The position numbers and the translations under genes were made by a program. DNA of 64,000 nt from Isurus oxyrinchus (lineage: Eukaryota), in contig JANJGN010000011.1 in NCBI GenBank assembly GCA_026770705.1, forward strand, positions 21,142,001-21,206,000, given 5' to 3'. Position 1 is the stretch's first letter. Every line of letters starts with the position of its first letter. Below the pieces are notes generated by a model that saw only the letters and a list, made by a program, of their open reading frames with translations, was not told the DNA's origin and did not search any database. Below are positions 48,783-61,135 of the stretch, in pieces.

Positions 48783-48908
48783 AGCTTTACTGGGACTGCT
48801 TTAGCCGCATTAGTCAAAGGTCTTCCGGAGGCTTTGCAGCGTCAGTATGAATATGAAGATCCCATAGTAAGAGGTGGCAAGCAGCTCCTTCACAGCCCAT
48901 TTTTCAAG
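48783..48908 (+). CDS. HERC2: HERC2 exon
   Basis: tttcag|AGC; SFTGTALAALVKGLPEALQRQYEYEDPIVRGGKQLLHSPFFK; donor AAG|gtaaac. Confidence 0.96.
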
Positions 48909-49068
48909 GTAAACATGTTCGTTTCTGTGAATGAAATTAAACATTTAGAATTGGAGAAGTTGGAAGGTTAGAGTTAAGTGTAAATATTTGCCTAACCTGT
49001 TCGCACACAAGCTCCCTAATTATCTGGTGGATAAAGGTACAAAAAGGAGGTCTTGAGTTTGAATCCTG

Positions 49069-49794
49069 GGGCTGGATTTTATGTGCCCCTGCCGGGAGTG
49101 CTTTCAGCTGGAGTTTGTAAAACAGGTCTGCTGGCAAGCCCACCACCTTCCCTCTGAGCTGACCCCCCATAATCGGTTAGGTGGAAGGGTGCTGAAATTG
49201 GCAGCCTGCCCGCTATATATAAATAAATAATTAAAGGTTAATTAGGCTTGTTAATAAGCCTGTTGACTAGATAATATGCTGACTACGCCATAATATGGCT
49301 GGCATGAGCAAGCTGCTTTTTTATGGGCTGCATGATAAAGGGCAGGAAGGAAGGGAGGGTTACCTTATTTGGGATGTGCCCTGCAGGTATCGGGGCCCCC
49401 GCCCCACCTTTCTTCCACGCCTGCTCTACAAAACCTGGTCCCCATTCTCCACCTGCTCCCCCCATGCCCCTCCATGGGCTCTAGGATCCCTCCCTGCACC
49501 AAAATGCCAGGGACTTGCCTTTCTCGGGCAGCCATGATCTTCGTGCTACTTCCTTCAGCACCCTGTATCGAGCCCTGGCCCTGCCGTGACTGTTGGAGCT
49601 GCCGACAAATCTGTTTGGCCTGCAGCTCCTGAGGCCGAGGCTCCTCCTACTGAGGGGTGGGAGTCCCACTCTGAACTAAATTAGCTCGCCCTCAGCATGC
49701 CAAGGCTGTTCCAGCTCGGCTACCTTCCAGAGGGTGCAAGCAGTTGGCCCTCTCCATGCCTCCCTTCCCCATGCCCCCCTGTAAAATACAGCCC
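49069..49794. mobile_element. PIF/Harbinger-like MITE, complete
   Basis: TIR GGGCTGGATTTTA / TAAAATACAGCCC; 3-bp TSD CTG at 49066-49068 and 49795-49797. Confidence 0.8.
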
Positions 49795-49943
49795 CTGGTC
49801 TAGGTTGAGTTAGCTGGTCTCAGTTTCTAGCACTAGGAGATGCTACAATTAACATTAGGACTCCTAGGTAGGATTCCACTCCTGATCGCAGTCCATCACC
49901 TTCAATTTGAACTTGTGGAGCAAATTGCCTGTTGTTTAATTTT

Positions 49944-50723
49944 TCAAAAATTCATTCACGGGATGTGGGCTTCGCTGGCTAGGCCAGCATTTATTGCCCA
50001 TCCCTAGATGCCCTTGAGAAGATGGTAGTGAGCTGCCTTCTTGAACCGCTGCAGTCCATGAGATGTAAGTACACCCACAGTGTTGTTAGGGAGGGAGTTC
50101 AAGGATGTTGACCCAGCGACAGTGAAGGAACGGTGATATATTTCCAAGTCAGGATGGTGAGTGACTTGGAGGAGAACTTCCAGGTGGTGGTGTTCCCATC
50201 TATCTGCTGCCCTTGTCCTTCTAGAAGGTATTAGTCGTGGGATTGGAAGGTGCTGTCTAAGGAGCTTTGGTGAATTCCTGTAGTGCATCTTGTAGATGGC
50301 ACACACTGCTGCTTCTGTGTGTCGGTGGTGGAGGGAGTGAATGTTTGTGGATGTGGTGACAGTCAAGCGGACTGCTTTGTCCTGGATGGTGTCCAGCTTT
50401 TTCAGTGTTGTAGGTGCTGTATTCATCCAGGCAAATGGGGAGTACCCCATCACATTCCTAACTTGTGCCTTATAGATGGTGGACAGGCTTTGGGGAGTCA
50501 GGAGGTGAGTTACTTGTCGCAGGATTCATAGCCTCTGACCTGCTCTTGTCATCACAGTATTTATATGGCTAGTCCAGTTCAGTTTCTGGTCAATGGTAAC
50601 CCCCAGGATGTTGATTTTGGGGGATTCAGTGATGGTAATGGCATTGAACATCAAGGGGCGATGGTTGGATTCTCTCTTGTTGGAGATGGTCGTTGCCTGA
50701 CACTTGTGTGGTGCGAATGTTAA
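49944..50723 (-). mobile_element. LINE family B 3' fragment
   Basis: TFAPHKCQ...GVTIDQKLNWTSHIN...LKKLDTIQDKA on - strand. Confidence 0.88.
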
Positions 50724-51249
50724 CAAAGTAATATTTTAGAGAAAGCATGATTTGAATAGTACCAAGGTTGCTGTTGCAAAATATATTCACACTTTTAGAT
50801 GCAAACTGAAGATTGCAACGATTAAGTTTGAATTCTCGTAAATGGGTCTTGTTGCCTTTTGGTCACAATGCACAACTGAGTTTTTTGAATAGAGCACATG
50901 GATTAGGAGATGTTGACATTCAAATACTGGTTCTCTTTTCCCTTTTTAAAAATGTTCTCCCAACGGGTTCAGCTCTCAAATGTGCCGGAGTATTACCAAA
51001 CAACTTGGCAAGCTCCCTGTTCTGTACTAGATTTGTTCTGTAAATCTCTACTTTGCAATTTTTGAGAATGCACCAAACTAATTTCCCCCTTTGACTCTTT
51101 GTTGTTGTGGGACAGCCTGTTCCCTTGCCACCCACCCACCAGGTTCCTTCATTCAGTGATGTAGGACCTTGATGCAACGGAGACACTAAGCTTCCACATA
51201 GCATAGATTTCTAATAATACTTTACAGTGTTAACTCCCTACAGGCTTTG

Positions 51250-51905
51250 GACCACGAAAGCTTACAGCGCAGATAAAAACCAGTCCGCCCATCACATATT
51301 TGCAGCCTTTTTTGCTAAATAAAGCCATATGAAACTAATCTCACTGCCTCATGCTTTCTCTATAGCTTTATCCATCAAATATTTATCCACATTTTTCCTT
51401 TTTTAAAGAAAAGACCTCTGCCTCAACCACTTCCTGAAACAAAACACTCCCTACGTGCATCAATCCTGCACAGTTTTTTCCGAAAATAAAATTTTCCTCC
51501 CTACTCTCTCAAGTGATTTATTTTAAATTTGATTATTTTGAATTGATGATCCATCATCTCTGACTCTCCAACAATAAAAATGTATTTCTGTATTTTCTCA
51601 GTGAAAACTCTTCACAACTTTGGAAGCATCTGTTAAATTTCCTCACAGCTTTCCCTGCTCCGCTGGGACAAACCCCAGTATCTCAAGTGCTTTCTCATAA
51701 CTATAGCTTTCCATTCTTTGCATCATCCTGGTCAAGCTGCACTGAGTGTTCCCTGTGGTTTCAATGTCCTTTCTATAACAGTACTCTGTCACCTACCTAA
51801 AGTTTTGTTTAAGTCCATCATAACTTCAGATTTAGACTCTTGAGAACCAGCTTATAAAGCTGAGCATTCTATTGGCTTTTTTTCTGGCTTTATTTATCAA
51901 ATAAG
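51250..51905 (-). mobile_element. Old CR1-like 3' remnant
   Basis: Degenerate similarity to other CR1 3' ends (cctcaaccact, ttctcataactata, catcctggtcaa). Confidence 0.5.
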
Positions 51906-54900
51906 TAGGTAATTTTACTTATGGAGAAGTTGGCTGCACTTTTCTGGCCACATGCTTAGCATTAATAATACCAAAACCATTTATTGGAACTACATTGACC
52001 AGAAAGCAAGAGCAAATGCTGCTGAATGGGCACTGTTGGGAAAAATTGCTGTTAAACCGTGAAAAAACAGCAAGAAAAGTGAAAGTGTCTGCCAGTGCGG
52101 TTAATACTATTGATGGCTTCACACCATGAATATTTTGATTGCCAGAGGTGAGATTATACTCCATGACTGCAAGCTTTTACCTAACTCAATTGCAAGGAAT
52201 ATCACCCTCCGAAGCATCAGACAATCTTAATTTTTATTTGTGCTTATTAAGTTTTAACAACAATCATAATTAGTAACAGTGCAAAAGAAAGCTTACAGTC
52301 CAGCAGTAATTTAATGCACTTACATTTGGAAGAGAAAGAAAAAGTGGGAGAAAGAAGAAAAAAAAAGAAATAAAAACCATCTCCAGTCCCAAAAAAATAA
52401 ATAAAAAGAAAATTAACAATCATCGGCCAGATTTAGTTTCACATGATATAATACATACAACCCTAATTAGGGTTATTTATATGAAAGTAGAGAGCTGTAT
52501 CCTAGCCAATAATGCATCTAGCCAATAATGTTGAAAAGACGAGTGTATCAGTCTGAATTTTTGTAAGAGGGATGCCATTTGGTTCCACTCCAAAGAGTGC
52601 TGTAATAGAAAGTTCAGTGTTGCTACTAAAAATATGAGTGATGTAAACATTTTTGTCCAAAATAAAGCCAATTTAGGACACAACCAGTACATATGAATAG
52701 GAGAGGCTAGGGCAGTATGGCATTTACCACAGATTGGATCAAAATTTGAATAAATCTTAGATAATTTCACTTTGAATAGATGGATACAATGTAAGATTTT
52801 AAACTGTATTAAGCCATGTCTTGCACTTACAGGTGAGGAATGTACACGATAGTGAATAGACTACCAGTTATCCTCTGATAAGTCAAAATCTTGCTCCCAA
52901 ATAATTTTTAAGGGAGAAAGCGTAGGGCAGTGTTGTGAAAAAATTAGAGAATATAATTTGGAAATGAACCCCCTAACAAAAGGTTTAGTTCTAATATATT
53001 TATTGGTGATTTAGGGAGCAATAAAGGAAACTGAGCAATTTTTTTTTTTTTTTTGCACACAAAATTTGTAAGCAGCGAAAGAAGTGTGTGTAGATCAGAT
53101 CGTATTTCTGAGACCGAGTGTCGAAAGAAGCAAAAATATTATCAATGTACAAGTTAGCAAGGGTTTTGACGCCTCTTGCATGTCAGACTGAAGGCAGAAT
53201 CTCCTAATGAAGGCAGAAGTAAATGGCTTGCATTAATAGGGCTGCATAAAGAGAGAGATTGTAGCCCAAAGTGTGTTCTAAATTGGGTATGGATCTTAAA
53301 TGACTGTCTAACGATAGGGTTTGAAGAAAAGTGACAGTTTGAGAAAGGAATGGAGGAGCACACCAGAGTAAGCAGGGATGTGGATTGACAGGAGGCTGCC
53401 TCCAGTTACGCCCATGCTAAACTAACCGAGTCTGAATGAAGCCAAAAAGAAATATTACGGATATTAGCAGACTAATAATAAAACTGAAAATTTGGCAGTG
53501 CCAAATCACCTAAATGATTGGGTCTTTGTAGAAAAACTTGACGAATTCTGGGTGTTTTCTTATTCCAAATAATTGGTCTATTGCAACAAAAAAACACTTG
53601 GAGATAAACAATGGAAGACAATGGTATAGAAATTTTGGAAAAATATTAATCTTTATTGAATTTATACGACCAAGTAAAGAAAGGGGTAAGCTAGACTAAT
53701 GTGCTAAGTCTTGCTTTGTACATTCCAACAAAGGGTTAAAATTGAGCTTAAAAAGGTCTCCAAGAGATTGAGTAATTAAAATCCCTAAATATTTAAAACT
53801 ATTTACTGAGACCTTGAAGGGGAGGGAAGAAAGAAGCTAACTCTTTGCAATAGAGTTCATAGGAAATATTTCACTCTTTTTGCAAATTAATTTTAAAACC
53901 TTAAATATGACCAAATTGCTCAAGAGTAGAGAAAATATGTGGGAGAGATGAGGCCAGATCTGAGATGTTAAGAAGCAGGTCATCAGCATATAGGGAGAGT
54001 TTCTGCTCGACTCCACCCTGTGTTAATACCCTGTATATCTCCACAGGTTCGCAGTGAAATTGCCAGGGGCTCAATAGCAATAGCGAAAAGTAGTGGGGAA
54101 AAAAGGGGGACAGTCCTGTCTGGTACCTCGATGGAGATCAAAGAATTTAGAGTGGATATTATTTATATGTACTGAACTAACTGGGGAGGAATACAATAGT
54201 TTTATCCATTTTATAAAAATGTGTCCAAATCCAAAATTTTGAATAGTGAAGAAAATGTAGTCCCATTCCACTCTATCAAAAGCCTTTTCTGCATTCATAG
54301 TTCTAAGAATCTCATGGAGAGGAGTAGCTGAATGTGTAAATAATATTGAAAAGACGCCTTAAGTTAGAGAAGGATTGCCTGCCCTGAATAAAAGCTGCCT
54401 GGTCAGGAGAGATAATAAATGGAGGGACACGTTTAAGACAGTGGGCTAAGGCTTTAGCTCGTATCTTGACATCTGCATTTAAACGGGAAATAGGCCAGTG
54501 TGAACTGCAATGCAGAGGATCCTTAGCTCTCTTCAAAAGAATAGACAAAGATGCCGCATGCAGCATAGGAGGGTGCATTTTAGAGAGAAAGCATTCTGAA
54601 AACAGAGACAATAATAATGGAGAAAGTTGTGATAAGAATTTTTAAATAAAATTCTATTGGAAATCCATCAGGCCCTGGTGCCTCATTACTTTGCATGGAT
54701 TTAATTGCCTTTAGTACTTCATCTTGGGAAAGGGGAGTTTCTAATGCATTCATGGAGTAAAACGTTAGAGCTGGGATGTCAATGTTATCAAAAAAAAATT
54801 GAAATAAACCAGGATCTGAAAAGGAGTCTGAGGCCTAGAGTGGAATAAAGTTTGAATTGATCATTGATCTCCTGACGATCGGTGGTGGTTTACCCTGCTG

Positions 54901-55324
54901 GAGTGGTGACTTCAGAAACAGGCCGGTGAGCCAGGAGTCTACCGGTTCTTTCATCATGCTCCGTAAAACATACCGCTTAGCTTTTCTATTTTAGTAGAAA
55001 GAAGATCAAGTTCCGCCTGTAGAGTCAGATGCTGTTTGTATAATATTGGGGTAGGTGCAGTAGCATTCTGCTGGCCCACAAAGAGAATTTGGTCAATCAG
55101 TTGGAACAATTTTGAGGTATTGCATTTAAGTTGGACAGTATATGAAATTATTTGTCCACATAGGCATGCCCTCATACTCTCCAGACAGTAGCAAAGGAAA
55201 TATCTGGAGTAGTATTAAGTCCTAAAAAAGTATCTATTTGTGAGGAAATTAATGTAGTAAAATCCAGGTCCACTAGAAGAAGAAAATCAAGATGCCATGG
55301 TGGTTGAGAAACAGATTGGTCATG

Positions 55325-55896
55325 GGGCTGAATCCCACCCCCCCCCACCCCCCCACCGTGTTGGGGGATTGTGCGGGGGCGAGAGCGAGCACGAACCTGA
55401 TGGGGTGAGCGGGCCAATTAAGGCCCACGCAGCTAGATGCACACCCGGAAGCGCTGTGCACTCCTTGTGGGTAGGGGGGAATTCCCTGCGAAAGAGCGCA
55501 GCAAATCTCCCTGATGCACTTTAAGTTCTGGAAAATTTAATAAAGGTGAAAAAAAAATTTAAGGACATGTCCCCTCGTGAGAAACTGTCACATGAGCTGG
55601 GACATGTCCATTAATTTTTCCAAAATTTTTTATTTAATTGAAAAACCCATTCATGAAAGCTCATCCCGCCCGTGGATGAGGTTTCATGAAAATGTGAAGG
55701 CCGCCTGGGCTCTTCGCCTGCCCCGCCAACCTTAGGTTTGGGCGGGCAGCAATTTCTTAACAACTTTAATTACTTTCTTAATGGCCTTAATAGGCCTTTG
55801 GCAGATGTCAGGATGCCTGCCTGACGTCACTGCGCATCATTTTACGGTGTCAGTGAGCGGGCCCCACTCCCGCTCGCTGGCGGGAAAATTCTTCCC
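55325..55896. mobile_element. PIF/Harbinger-like MITE nested in L1
   Basis: Ends GGGCTGAAT / ATTCTTCCC; flanks ATG/ATA; family palindrome ctcatcccgcccgtggatgag. Confidence 0.8.
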
Positions 55897-56326
55897 ATAG
55901 AATCATATTGCTGAAACTAAGGGGGCATGATCAGGGATCGCAAAACTATTGCATGCGCAAGATTGAACAAACAGGAGCAGCCTCTTGTCAAGGAAAATAT
56001 AGCCAATACGCGAGTAGATGTGGCGAACAGGAGAGCAAAAGGAGTATTGCCTTGCTGATGGGTATAGAAACCTCCATGAATCTACCAATCTGCAGAAGAA
56101 ACCTGATGACTGAGGCTGCTTTTGATATTTTTTGATATTTACAGATTTTTTGGATGAGCGATCTAAATTTGGGTTAAGAACGCAGTTAAAGTCTCATAAA
56201 GATATGAGTGATGGTTTAATTCATTGAAAATAAGAAGCTGGGTACATATACATTAGCTAGGATCAATGGGCAGTTAAAAAGTTTGCCTTGTACTATAACA
56301 GCAGCCATTAGGGTCAGCTATAAACT

Positions 56327-56473
56327 GAGAGTGAACAGAGTTAACGTTTCAGATCATGACCTTTCATCAGAAGTTGCGATGAAAGGTAATGACCTGAAAC
56401 GTTAAAACTGTTTCTCTCTCCACAGAAGCTGCTAGATCTGCTGAATATTTCTAGCATTTTCTGTTTTTATTTA
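56327..56473. mobile_element. 147-bp fold-back element made of two head-to-head hammerhead-bearing tails
   Basis: Minus strand CTGATGA a AGGTC at GATCT GAAACGTT AACTC (56338-56370); + strand gcGATGAaaggtaatgacctGAAACGTT. AAACT is duplicated at 56322-56326 and 56474-56478, and removing the insert restores L1 QIKKFIADPNG. Confidence 0.8.
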
Positions 56474-56941
56474 AAACTTTTTAATTTGTCCAGGGAGGGA
56501 GGATACACAGAACAACTTTACAATATTTTTGCTGTGGCATATAAACTTGAAGCTCACCACTGGCAGCCATACTGCCATAATAATATTAGTAGGGCTGACA
56601 GGTATATATTTTAAGATTGATGGTATAAAATTATGAACCTACAAATGAGTAAGCGTTTGAAAAACATATTTTTGTGAAGAACGTACATCTTTTTCACAAG
56701 TCGGAAGTATCTCTTACTGGTAAAATAGATGAAAATCATTGTTCAATACCCACCAAATCACTACCTTAATTCCTTCACTAGAGATTCTTATGGATTTGCA
56801 GAACCGGTTTAGATTGAAGTTTGTACTTCGAGACAAGCATTTGCCCAGTGATCCTGTATTTATGCATAAGTGATGCCTGATTTTTGTCACGAGACGGAAG
56901 TGTAAAGAAATCTTAATTTAAGCAGTACTTTGTTTTTGCAG

Positions 56942-57097
56942 GTATTGGTCGCTCTGGCGTGTGATTTAGAGCTTGATACTCTACCTTGCTGTGCTGAGAC
57001 ACACAAGTGGGCTTGGTTTAGAAGATACTGCATGGCCTTGAGAGTTGCTGTGGCTTTGGATAAGAGAACGTCATTGCCACGGCAGTTTCCTGATGAG
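56942..57097 (+). CDS. HERC2: HERC2 exon
   Basis: ttgcag|GTA; VLVALACDLELDTLPCCAETHKWAWFRRYCMALRVAVALDKRTSLPRQFPDE; donor GAG|gtaata. Confidence 0.96.
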
Positions 57098-57374
57098 GTA
57101 ATAAATATTAAGAATGCTCAAGAAAACCCAGTCCTTGTCTATTGCTAGTAAACACTCAGCATGTTATTTTCCGAACCTCAGAACCAGATATGAAATTTGG
57201 TACAATGTTAATTATCAATGCACTGTTCTCTCTTTGGAACTAAATTGTTGCCTCTGAATCTCAAAAACTCTGCTGATTTTGTATTACACCCTAGATTTCC
57301 ACAGGTTAGATTAGATTTCCAACCATCAACAGGGTGAAAAATCTGGCCCTTAGTAGTTAGTTTTGATTAGAAAT

Positions 57375-57975
57375 GTGAACATACGAATTAGGAACAGGAG
57401 TAAGCTACTTGGCCCTTTGAGCCTGCTCCACCATTCAGTAAGATCATGGTCGATCTGATTTTAGCCTCAACTTCATATTTCCTGCCTACCCCTGATAACC
57501 TATCATCCCTTGCTTATCAAGAATCTACCTGCCTCTGCATTAAAGATAATCAAGGACTCTGCCTCAACCACCTATTGATGAAGAGAATTCCAAACTCTCA
57601 ACCCTCAAAAAAAAATTTTCCTAAATGGGCGACCTCTTATTTTGAAACAGTGATCCCAAGTTCTAGATGCTCCCACAAGAGGAATCACCCATTCCACATC
57701 CATCCTGTCAAGTCCCCTGAGGATCTTGACTGTTTCAATCAAGTCGCCTCACGCTCTTCTAAACTCCAGCAGATCCAAGCCTAGCCTGTGCAGCCTTTCC
57801 TCAAAAAGCAACCCGCCCATTTCGGGTATTAATCTCGTAAACCTTCTCTGAAATGCTTCCAATGCATTTACATCTTTCCATAAATAAGGAGACCAATACT
57901 GTACAAAGCACTCCACATGTGGTCTCACCAATGCCCTGTATAACTGAAGCATAACGTCCCTACTCTTGTTCATGG
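57375..57975 (-). mobile_element. CR1 LINE 3' fragment
   Basis: KSRDVMLQLYRALVRPHVECFVQYWSPYL...LEAFQRRFTRLIP on - strand. Confidence 0.85.
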
Positions 57976-58232
57976 GCATTGCCTCACCCAATAGTTTCTC
58001 CATATTTGGTCGTTACAATGAGCAGTGTTCAAAGAAAATGGCTGTGGTTATTCTTTTGAACAGGACTTATTACAGATGAAGAAGCCTATTTGACCTATCC
58101 AAATTCATCAGTCGAGAAAGACCCTTTGTGGAAATTTATGTATAAATTGTCTTTTTGTATTTTGTGGGTTATACCAAATGGTATAATAATCAATAGCTGA
58201 TTCCTTCCTTATGGGTCGTATTAGGCTGACAT

Positions 58233-58842
58233 GGGGTTGGATTTAATGCAGCCCATTATGACAGGAAACATGGCGACCAGGCTCACTTAATCCAGCAAGA
58301 GGCCGCATGTCAGTCTCCCGTTTAGTTGATTGACACCAATTATCTCTGAGCCCACTCAATTTAGTGATGGCTCAGGGATTAACTGTGAGTGACATTGCTT
58401 TCCTGTGCTTCCAGAAAGCTGCTTGGCAAACCCAGTCAGGTTTGTCTGGGCTTTTCTGGGCAGTGGCGGGCGGGGGAGAGGGGGGGGGTGTTGAAGTGGT
58501 TTCCACAGGGTAGGGAGTGGCTGCTAAAAGCCACTGCCCTTGCCTCTAATCCCCCTGTCCCCAATCCCCCTGCATCCTCTCGCTCTGTGACCCCATTCCA
58601 GCCTCACTCACCTGTGGCTTGGGCTCCTTGGAGATCCTAAGCCTCTTCTTGGGTTTATTACAGGTAGCTGCCACTACGGCCCTTCCAGCTCTGAGGTTCT
58701 AAATCTCGGACAGTCCAACGCTGGCCAGTTAAGTGCCTTACAGGCACTTATTTGTTGGGCATTCCCCTTGGTAGCGACACAAGTTTCCCACCAGTTCTCC
58801 AACCAGTGGGCTGAACCTGCATCAGTTCAACTAATTCTGCTC
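58233..58842. mobile_element. Degenerate GC-rich MITE-like element
   Basis: Ends GGGGTTGGATTT / AATTCTGCTC; internal palindromes (ctgagccc...ggctcag; aagtgcct...ggcactt). Confidence 0.45.
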
Positions 58843-59255
58843 CTGGAGTCATGATATAAGGATGGAACTTGTTTTTCTCAATTATACAGTAATATTCTTA
58901 AAAGTTAGTTAATTCTGTAAGTGAATCACAATTAACAAGTTGTGTTCTGTGATATTTTTAGATTAATGCATCCATTTTTCACAGTGGATTTGTCCATTAT
59001 TAGTTATTGATGAAAGCTTGGGAATTTTCATACTGATGTTGGTATTCCCTTTGTTAATGTACAAAAATGTTTAATAAACTTTACAATCTTTAACTTCTAA
59101 TATATTTGACCAGTCAAACCTTTGCTTTGCTGGTAAATTAAGTACTTTTAATTTTTTGGTTTCTAGGCTGGTTAGGTTATACATCTGAAGTGCAAAATGC
59201 AAAGGGATCAAAACATAATTTCAGATTCCTAAATTTTGTTTCGCATTTGGCACAG

Positions 59256-59371
59256 GTGGCAAAAAAAATCCGTGAATTGATGATTGATAATGAAAATATG
59301 GATGTTCTTCATGAGAGCCACGATGTTTTTAAAAGAGAACAAGATGAGCAACTAGTCCAGTGGATAAACAG
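59256..59371 (+). CDS. HERC2: HERC2 exon
   Basis: gcacag|GTG; VAKKIRELMIDNENMDVLHESHDVFKREQDEQLVQWIN(R); donor CAG|gtactg. Confidence 0.95.
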
Positions 59372-59989
59372 GTACTGAGGCAGGAGAGTCATTATTTAAT
59401 TACAAGTAGAGAATATTCAAGTTAGTAATTGTTATCATGACTTTAATTTGCCACTCTGCATGAATGCCACAAATATTGATGTGTTTTTACAAATATTTTT
59501 AAAGGAATATCTTTCTGATTGTTATGTTCCTAAATTCTTTGATATGATTTCAAGAATAGTTGTGAGCAACTTGACCCATGATAGCACTTCTACTGAAATA
59601 ATTTTTCCTGCTCCATATCGTGAAATCTAATAATGTAAACATAGTTTAGTGCATTTTCCACTGTCTTCCTCCATTTTCTATCTGCTTCATGCCAGAGGAA
59701 AGCCAGGCAGTGATCTATTTTCCAAGTTCTACCCAAAGTATTCATTTCCATGAATGAATAGATCATGGTGAATGAGGAAGTAGTTCAGATACCTGCAGAG
59801 TTCAGAATTGATAAGAGATGGTATTGCATAGGCTGCCTGTACTTAAAGTTGACAAGGCGCCTGGACCGGAAGAGATGCATTCAAGAATACTGGGGGGAAG
59901 TGAGTGTGGAAATTGTGGAGGCACTGGCCGTGATTTTCCATTCTTCCTTGGACTCTGAGTGGCACCAGAGGGGCTAATTTACCAGTGGC

Positions 59990-61135
59990 ACCAGAAGGCA
60001 AATACACATGGGATACAAGGTAATTTGATAAGGTGGATTCAAAATTGGCTTAGTTGTAGGAGACAGAGGGTGATGACAGAATGATGCTTTAGTGACTGGA
60101 AGCCAGTGTCCAGTGGCGTACCACAGGAATCTGTGCCGGGTCTCCGATTATTCTTCATTTATATAAATGACATAGATGTCTATGTGGGGGCTAGGATTAG
60201 TAAGTTTGCAGATGACACAAAGATTGACCGGGTGGTTAACAGTGAGGTTGAGTGTTTTGGGCTACAGAAAGATATAGACGGGATGGTCAAATGGGCAGAT
60301 AAGTGGCAGATGGAATTTAACCCTGAAAAGTGTGAGGTGATACACTTTGGAAGGAGTAATTTGACAAGGAAGTATTCAATGAACGGCATGACACTAGGAA
60401 GTTCTGAGGAATAAAGGGACCTTGGCGTGTGTGTCTGAAGGCGGAGGGGCATGTTAGTGGGGTAGTGAAAAAGGCATATGTGACGCTTGCCTTTATCAAT
60501 CGAGGCATAGATTGCAAAAGTAGGGAGGTCATGTTGGAGTTGTGTAGAACCTTGGTGAGGCCACAGCTGGAGCACTGTGTGCAGTTCTGGTCGCCACATT
60601 ATAGGAAGGATATGATTGCACTGGAGGAGGTGCGGAGGAGATTCACCAGGATGTTGCCTGGGTTGAAACATTTAAGTTATGAAGCGAGGTTGGATAGACT
60701 TGGGTTGTTTTTGTTGGAGCAGAGAAGACTGAGGGGTGACCTGATCAAGGTGTACAAGATTATGAGGGGCATGGACAGGGTGGATAGGGAGCAGCTGTTC
60801 TCCTTAGTTGAAGGGTCAGTCATGAGGGGACACAAGTTCAAGGTGAGGGGCAGGAGGTTTGGGGGGTGGGGGGTGGGGGGGGGGGGGGGGGCGGGGTGCA
60901 ATATGAGGATAAACCTTTTTACCCAGAGGGTGGTGATGGTCTGGAAGGACTCGCTGCCTGGGAGGGTGGTGGAGGCGGGTTGCCTCACATCCTTCAAAAA
61001 AGTACCTGGATGAGCACTTGGCATGTCATAACATTCAAGGCTATGAGCCAAGTGCTGGTAAATGGGATTAGGTAAGTAGATAGGTCAGGTGTTTCTCACA
61101 TGTCGAAGGGCCTCTTCTGCACTGTGATTTCTGTA
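59990..61135 (+). mobile_element. CR1 LINE 3' part
   Basis: SGVPQ, KFADDTK, KWQMEFNPEKCEVIHFGR, LEHCVQFWSPHYRKD, LEQRRLRGDLI. Confidence 0.88.

Larger units (their letters stand above)
52228..56500 (-). mobile_element. L1-clade LINE, degenerate ORF2 (EN, RT, C-terminal Cys motif), with nested MITE and mini-element
   Basis: Minus-strand peptides VDSWRFLYPSARQYSF...SRIGYIF...DHAP, WPISRLNADVKI, AEKAFDRVEWDY, RGTRQDCP, CGKC...HMYWLCP. Confidence 0.85.

Noticed and set aside
60861-60898. Long G-run (and C-runs at ~9621-9644 and ~47332-47345) as G-quadruplex elements
   Set aside because: Homopolymer expansions inside repeats; length is unreliable and there is no evidence of function.
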